Positions 57,352-64,000 of a stretch of 64,000 nt of DNA are shown here, one piece after another. The notes below the pieces were generated by a model that worked only from the letters and a program-made list of their open reading frames with translations, was not told the DNA's origin and did not search any database. This DNA is from Octopus vulgaris (taxonomy: Eukaryota). Position numbers and translations under genes: made by a program. The DNA lies in contig OX597814.1 in NCBI GenBank assembly GCA_951406725.2, positions 131,688,001 to 131,752,000 on the forward strand. Direction: 5' to 3'. Positions within the stretch are counted from its first letter, which is position 1. Every line of letters starts with the position of its first letter.

Positions 57352-59036
57352 TGGTGTGCGGTGGTTAAATTGTGGCCATTTATATTTTTAAATCCACACA
57401 TGCACATTGTTTGCTTTTGATTTTACCGACTACACAGTATAGTAGGGTCAGCTGGGCACCGTCTGTGAGAAAAACAGCCCCATGATGCATTCCCCACTCT
57501 GCTGGAAACTTGGAAACGATATGCTTGGAATTCGCGCCGGAAGCTCCAATACGAACACTCTGAGGACAGCGCAGAGGATTCGGAAAGAGTTGGATGAATC
57601 TAATGGTGATTACGAAGATACGGCAGAGCGGAAAACTCAATCTGATCGAATTTGTTGGTGAGATCCAGGCCATGATTGACAACGATCCCCACAAGACAAT
57701 CAGGTCATTCGCTTGAGACATGGGAGTGTCTTAGATTCTTATCAGGAAAGAGAATATCATTCGGCTTGGAATGACTTCACTGGTATTATGCAAAATTTCC
57801 CTGCGAATAGGAAAGATGACAACTATGAAGGGATTGTGGAGGAGCTGATTAGAATGAATGAAAACAATAATTTTGCATTCATATTTTGTTATCAGCAAAC
57901 TTAATTTTTAAATGCTAACGTGCAACTTAGCAACTTTGTGATTTGATTTATCGGATTAAAACAATAAGACTTATTGTATATTAAAAATTGCATGTATCTA
58001 TGTTTAATCCTCCCTTTATATGCATGAAATAGCTGTTTCTGGCAAAATTAAAGATTATATATCTCAAAACTGCGAAGTGATAGACAAAATCTGATGCCAG
58101 ATTTGAACTCAGTACCCTAAAATTAGCTAAAAACCAATTGATAAACCTTGTGCCAGAAAACGTGCTTACAGTGCAATAATTCCTGGGGTGCACGCAGAGC
58201 AGTGAGAATCCAAATAAAAGGATATTCTCCGATAAAGAAAATTAAGAGGGATTAAGAATGTACAAAGAATGGCCAGATACGTCATTGTTTAGATCCTAGC
58301 TTTTTTGCATGCTTCCCATGAAAAAGGAAAAATGTTTGGAAATTTTGATATGAAATATTTGTATTCTCAAGTATAGAGGAATTCCTTGTTATACCTATTT
58401 GTTATGACTGAATGTTACTCACAATTTTGTACATTTACGTTGAGGGATATCCCTTCTTATTGTTTATATAATTGTAAATTAATTAGTGTTGTAAATTTCG
58501 AGATTACGGTACAAGTTATATTAACTCATATACCTGCGACATTATAAGCTTCTTTAATTCTAATGGTGTAGTTGTACTGCATCACTTGGAGAGACTACTC
58601 TGATACACAGAAATTCTATCGAGTAATTATATAACAGTAAAACTTACTATATAAAATGATATTTGAATCATTATCGCTGTTTATTGCAATCCAAAAGAAA
58701 AGAAAATAAATTTTGCTATTACAAATGTGAACGCTTAAAGTGAATTTGTCTTTGCACAACAGTGTCCGGACGAAAATGTATAATTCTATGTTAAAATTAG
58801 AGAAAGCAGGTAAGAAAGCATATATTGCAGCTTAGATGAATGTGTATCGATAAGATCTACAATAACACTCACTGGACAGGGTCATGGTAGTAGTGACATT
58901 CTATAAATCCTTAAAAAGTATTACACAAAGTCCGGATTCACTATACAACCGGATGAAAGCTCCGTATAGTTTGGAGTTCCACAAGTTAATATTTTTAAAT
59001 CATATATTTTTCATTGTATTATGAAGAACAATAAAT

Positions 59037-59240
59037 GGAAATCCCATTAGTGGGTTCCCCAGCTGTATATAAAGCGCAAAATTCAAGACAGTCGATGTCA
59101 TTTAGAAGCACATCATATTAACAAAGGAATAAGATATCTTGCTGCCTTAGTGCTTTACTTACTTACGGTCGTACTGCTCTCATCTTGCTTTCTGTTTCGA
59201 AGAGAACAAATACTACAGTTAAAATAATAATGGTAAGTAG
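59037..59240 (+). promoter_or_regulatory. Promoter, TATA, 5'UTR and ATG micro-exon of a second IL-17 paralog
   Basis: This is an inverted homolog of 24990-25180. It has TATATAAA (59066-59073), a shared 5'UTR (gctgccttagtgc..., tgctctcatctt) and ATG at 59230-59232 followed by gtaagtag. kappaB-like GGAAATCCC (59037-59045) and GGGTTCCCC (59052-59060) lie just upstream. Confidence 0.78.
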
Positions 59241-59359
59241 ACTTTAGTTTATCTTATTGAGCGCGTTTCTGCATGTCACACCTTAAATATTTGAGTTTTC
59301 TATATGATGTAAAAAGCTTCAGAATTTGTCTACAATAATCAAAATCAATCAATCAATCA

Positions 59360-59452
<93 letters not shown>

Positions 59453-59514
59453 ATCTATCTACATGAGTATGTATATATCTACTTACTTACCCATGGTACT
59501 CTGTGTGTGTGTAT

Positions 59515-59588
<74 letters not shown>

Positions 59589-59758
59589 TGAGGGAGATAA
59601 ATTGAATATTAATTTAATTATTGTCAATTTAAAACCAGTAGCCTAGCGTATAAAAGATCTGAAAAATCAGAAAAAATTTCAATACATGTTTATATTTAGG
59701 CTAAAACGTGAAACTCAGAGTAACAGGTTTTGTTGAATTCTCTGCTGCTTTAAATAAA

Positions 59759-59822
<64 letters not shown>

Positions 59823-60700
59823 CTCGGCATAGAAGAAATGAAAAAAAATAATATGCTGAAAATTTTATCAGAGATGTTGAATGTAGTGTGATTGGTGGCA
59901 AGATAGATAACTTATTTGATGTTGATTTTCTAAAACCGCTAAGATGTATATTATAACATAATTGCAGCATTGTGTTTCTGATGTGTAAAAGAATTATGCA
60001 TTAATACAGGATATATATATAAAAAAAAAACCCATTTTATCGACACAGGTAAGATTGTGTAGTGAAGAGGTTCGCTTTACAACCATGTGGCTTTGCGGTT
60101 CAATCCCACTACACAACATCTTAAGCAAGTGTCTCCTTCTGTATCCTCACAATAATTTGTGAGTGAATTTGGTAGAAGGAAACTGTGTGCAACCGTAAGT
60201 TATATACGTGTGTATGCGTGTGTGTGTGTGCGCGCACACTTACCTTTGTGCCTGAGTTTTAACACACCTGGCTTTAACAAGTAAGTACTAGTATCGATAT
60301 GTTCCATCAAACTCATCACAGCGATGTCCCAGCATGGCCACAGTCTAATCATTGGAACAAGTAAAAGATGAAAGATTTTCTTCAGTAAATTTCAACGATT
60401 CGTTGTAACATATCTTCTTGGTTCAAATGTTTTCTTATACTATAAAAATTCTTATCTGCATATAAAAGTTGTTTACTTATAATTTCACACATTTACTTGT
60501 ATATTGACACTCCTCTATTTAATGTATTTGCCCTTTGACTCTTACTGTCTTTCGGCTTGCAACAACAGCTATTTGAAGTAGTTTCAAGTGAGGCAATCTA
60601 TTGTGTATGTTTGTTACTTTAATTATTTGTCTTCGTTACCATTCAAAAATGAAAGTAAAGTAAAATCATGTGTCTAGTATCTACATATATACATACATGC

Positions 60701-60745
<45 letters not shown>

Positions 60746-60843
60746 AAGATACATACATACATACATACATGCATACGTACAACTACACACACACACGCAC
60801 ACATACATGCATAAATACATGCATGCATACATACATACATACA

Positions 60844-60879
<36 letters not shown>

Positions 60880-61497
60880 TATACATACACACACACATAC
60901 TTAGAGAGAGAGAGAGAGAGGTAGACAGAGAGAGGCCAACCATTGTTTCTTTCAGCATTAGACGAGGGTCGCTGTTCACTTCCTGTCTATGTATATGGAT
61001 TAGGTTTATGATGCATATTATAGGTGCTATGAGATGTAATGTCAGTGGTGTTTCTGAGGTTTAAAGATTCTTAGGGGTTTTCGACATCGGATTCCCTCTC
61101 CCATCTGATCTATTCGTGGTCAATCAAGTCCAAACTGGTATCTCAATAGCATTTAAACACTGATCCGCACTCTGGAGCCAAAAGCCACATATTGATCTTC
61201 ATTGCAACTTCTATCTCTCCAGCATTCCACTCTCTCTTTTCCTCTCTCTCTTTCTCTCTCTCTGTCTATATGTAGTGGTGTGACTAGGGAGAATTTTTAT
61301 GCGAATATTATTAACACACACACTATTGCAACACACGCGTTCATATAATGGATCTCACAAACCAAATACAAAAAAGAACTCCCTCTATCCCTGCATGTAT
61401 GTATGTATGTATGTATGTATGTATGCATGTATGTATGTATGTATGTATGTATGTATGTATGTATGTATGTATGTATGTATGTATGTATGTATGTATG

Positions 61498-61556
<59 letters not shown>

Positions 61557-61579
61557 AGTCTGTCTATCTACATACATAC

Positions 61580-61649
<70 letters not shown>

Positions 61650-61787
61650 ATGCGTAGGAGTGACTGTGTGGTAAGTAGCTTGCTTACCAACCACATGGTC
61701 CCGGGTTCAGTCTTCTACTATAGCCTCGGGCCGACTAAAGCCTTGTGAGTGGATTTCGTAGACGAAAACTCAAAGAAGCCCTTCGTA

Positions 61788-61868
<81 letters not shown>

Positions 61869-62282
61869 TGCGTTTGTCCTTCCAACATCGTTTGACAACC
61901 GATGCGGGTGTGTCTACGTCACCGTAACTTAGCGGTTCGGCGAAAGAGACCGATAGAATAAGTACTAGGCTTCCAAAAAATAAGTCCTGGGGTCAATTTG
62001 CTCGACTAAAGGCGTTGCTCCAGCATGGCCACAGTCAAATGACTGAAACAAGTAAAAGAGATAAAAAAAGAGAAAAGAGAGAAATATATATATACATATA
62101 TTAGAAAAAAACCCACCTTTTATCAATTCAAAATGAGCAATTATATTACACGATCTAGAAAATTACATACAATAGAAATATTAAATTAAAATAATAATAA
62201 AGTAAATTGCAAAAAAAAAAATTGAATTAGTATTTCTAAATCGAATTTTTTCCCTGTAAGTTATGATTAATTTTCGCTCAAA

Positions 62283-62346
<64 letters not shown>

Positions 62347-62449
62347 ATCCAAACAAGAAAACAGAAAAAAACACAGAAAAAAACACAGCAACGCGAGGAC
62401 GTGGAACAATTAAAGTATTATTTGACGCTCAGGAAAGAAGGGAAGGCGG

Positions 62450-62484
62450 GTTTAACGTTTCGAGCGGAGCTCTTCGTCGGAAAC
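62450..62484 (-). ncRNA. Minimal hammerhead-like motif
   Basis: guuu-CCGACGA-a-gagc ucc gcuc-GAAA-cg-UU-aaac. Confidence 0.6.
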
Positions 62485-62535
62485 AAGGAGAAGGAAAGAT
62501 CCCGAGAAGGGAAGACAGAGGAAAAAATATTTTTG

Positions 62536-62590
<55 letters not shown>

Positions 62591-63034
62591 ATTTCGGGAT
62601 GGTCATTTTTTCTTTTGGGCCAAATTAACACACACACTATACATTCACAGATGTGAGGCGAAAAATTTCCGGACAGTGGACATGAGATAGAATAAGTTCA
62701 GTAATAAACAAGTAAAGAAGGAATATGTAGTGTTTATTTCGGAAAAAATGAAATTTACAAAAATGACCATAGGCGCAGGCGTGGCTATGTGGAAGGAAAG
62801 CTTGCTCCCCAACCTCATGGTTCCGGACTCAGCTCCACTGCGTGGTACCTTGGGCAAGTGTCTTCTACTATAGCCTGGGGCCGACAAGAACCTTGTGAGT
62901 GGATTTGGTAGACGGTAACTGAAAAAAGCACGTCGTATATATATATATATGTACTTTATTTAAAGCATATTACTCTACCACTGGTATTTGAGTACTCTTT
63001 TTTCCACCTTGTTTCACATTTATGTGTTTACTCC

Positions 63035-63109
<75 letters not shown>

Positions 63110-63544
63110 ATGTGTGTGTGTATGTGATATATATACCAGAGTAAGCATATAAATGTGAAACAAGGTGGAAAAAAGAGTACTCAACTACCAGAGGTAGAGT
63201 TACATGCTTTATTTAAAAGCAGTAGAAATATAACAAAAGTATATATATATACACACACACACATACTTATATGTATATATTTGTGTGTCTGTGGTTCTCC
63301 CCCACCATCGCTTGGCAACCGACGTTGATGTGTTTACGTCCCCGTCAAAAGAGACCTATAGAATAAGCACTAGGCCTACAAAGAATAAGTTCTGGAGTAG
63401 ATTTGCTTCATTAAAGGGGGTGCTCCAGCTTAGCGTTAGTCAAATAACTGAAACTAATAAAAGAAAAAAATGGATCCCGAAATGCAACAATATCTGCTTT
63501 ACCGCGCGACTTCACATCAGGAATCTTGTAACAGATTCATAAAT

Positions 63545-63637
<93 letters not shown>

Positions 63638-63709
63638 ATATTTTGTGAAATTTGATTTACTATTTCTAAATTGAATTTTTCCCTGTAAGTTTGGAATAAT
63701 ATTCCCTCA

Positions 63710-63779
<70 letters not shown>

Positions 63780-63835
63780 TAGTTTTATTTTTATAGCGTG
63801 CTTTCACTTCACTACCGAGTGAATAATACCAAGAC

Positions 63836-63895
<60 letters not shown>

Positions 63896-64000
63896 CAATA
63901 TATATATATACATATATATATATATATTTAAGTAGGTGAATGAATTATCCTATGTTTATCGTCAGCATGGAAAATTCGTTTAACCGAAACCTGGGTCGCA

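Noticed and set aside
63920-64000. Possible acceptor (tatgtttatcgtcag) for exon 2 of the 59-kb paralog
   Set aside because: It resembles the first gene's acceptor only loosely. Phase 0 reads HGKFV-stop and no signal peptide follows.

Overview
AT-rich, microsatellite-saturated animal genomic DNA. Its SINE families and an IL-17 gene point to an octopod cephalopod (inference). The only intact host gene is a two-exon interleukin-17-like gene on the minus strand: an ATG-only coding exon 1 at 25002-25004 and exon 2 at 23590-24111, about 174 aa. Two more copies of its promoter/exon 1 unit, invisible to the ORF track, are present. One is a donor-deleted, Helitron-interrupted relic near 30.0-32.3 kb (-). 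The other is an apparently intact, oppositely oriented paralog start at 59.07-59.24 kb (+), whose exon 2 is not found in the window. The rest is mostly transposon debris: CR1-like, R4/Dong-like (in AAT repeats), RTE, Penelope, Gypsy, Helitron, Chapaev3-like, hAT and mariner MITEs, and several tRNA-SINE families. The most striking non-coding signal is a set of about 8 minimal type-I hammerhead-ribozyme-like motifs in several unrelated short elements embedded in (TA)n tracts. One sits in a tRNA-headed SINE-like element, and one has an inversion breakpoint exactly at the ribozyme stem III. All alignments and folds were done by eye.
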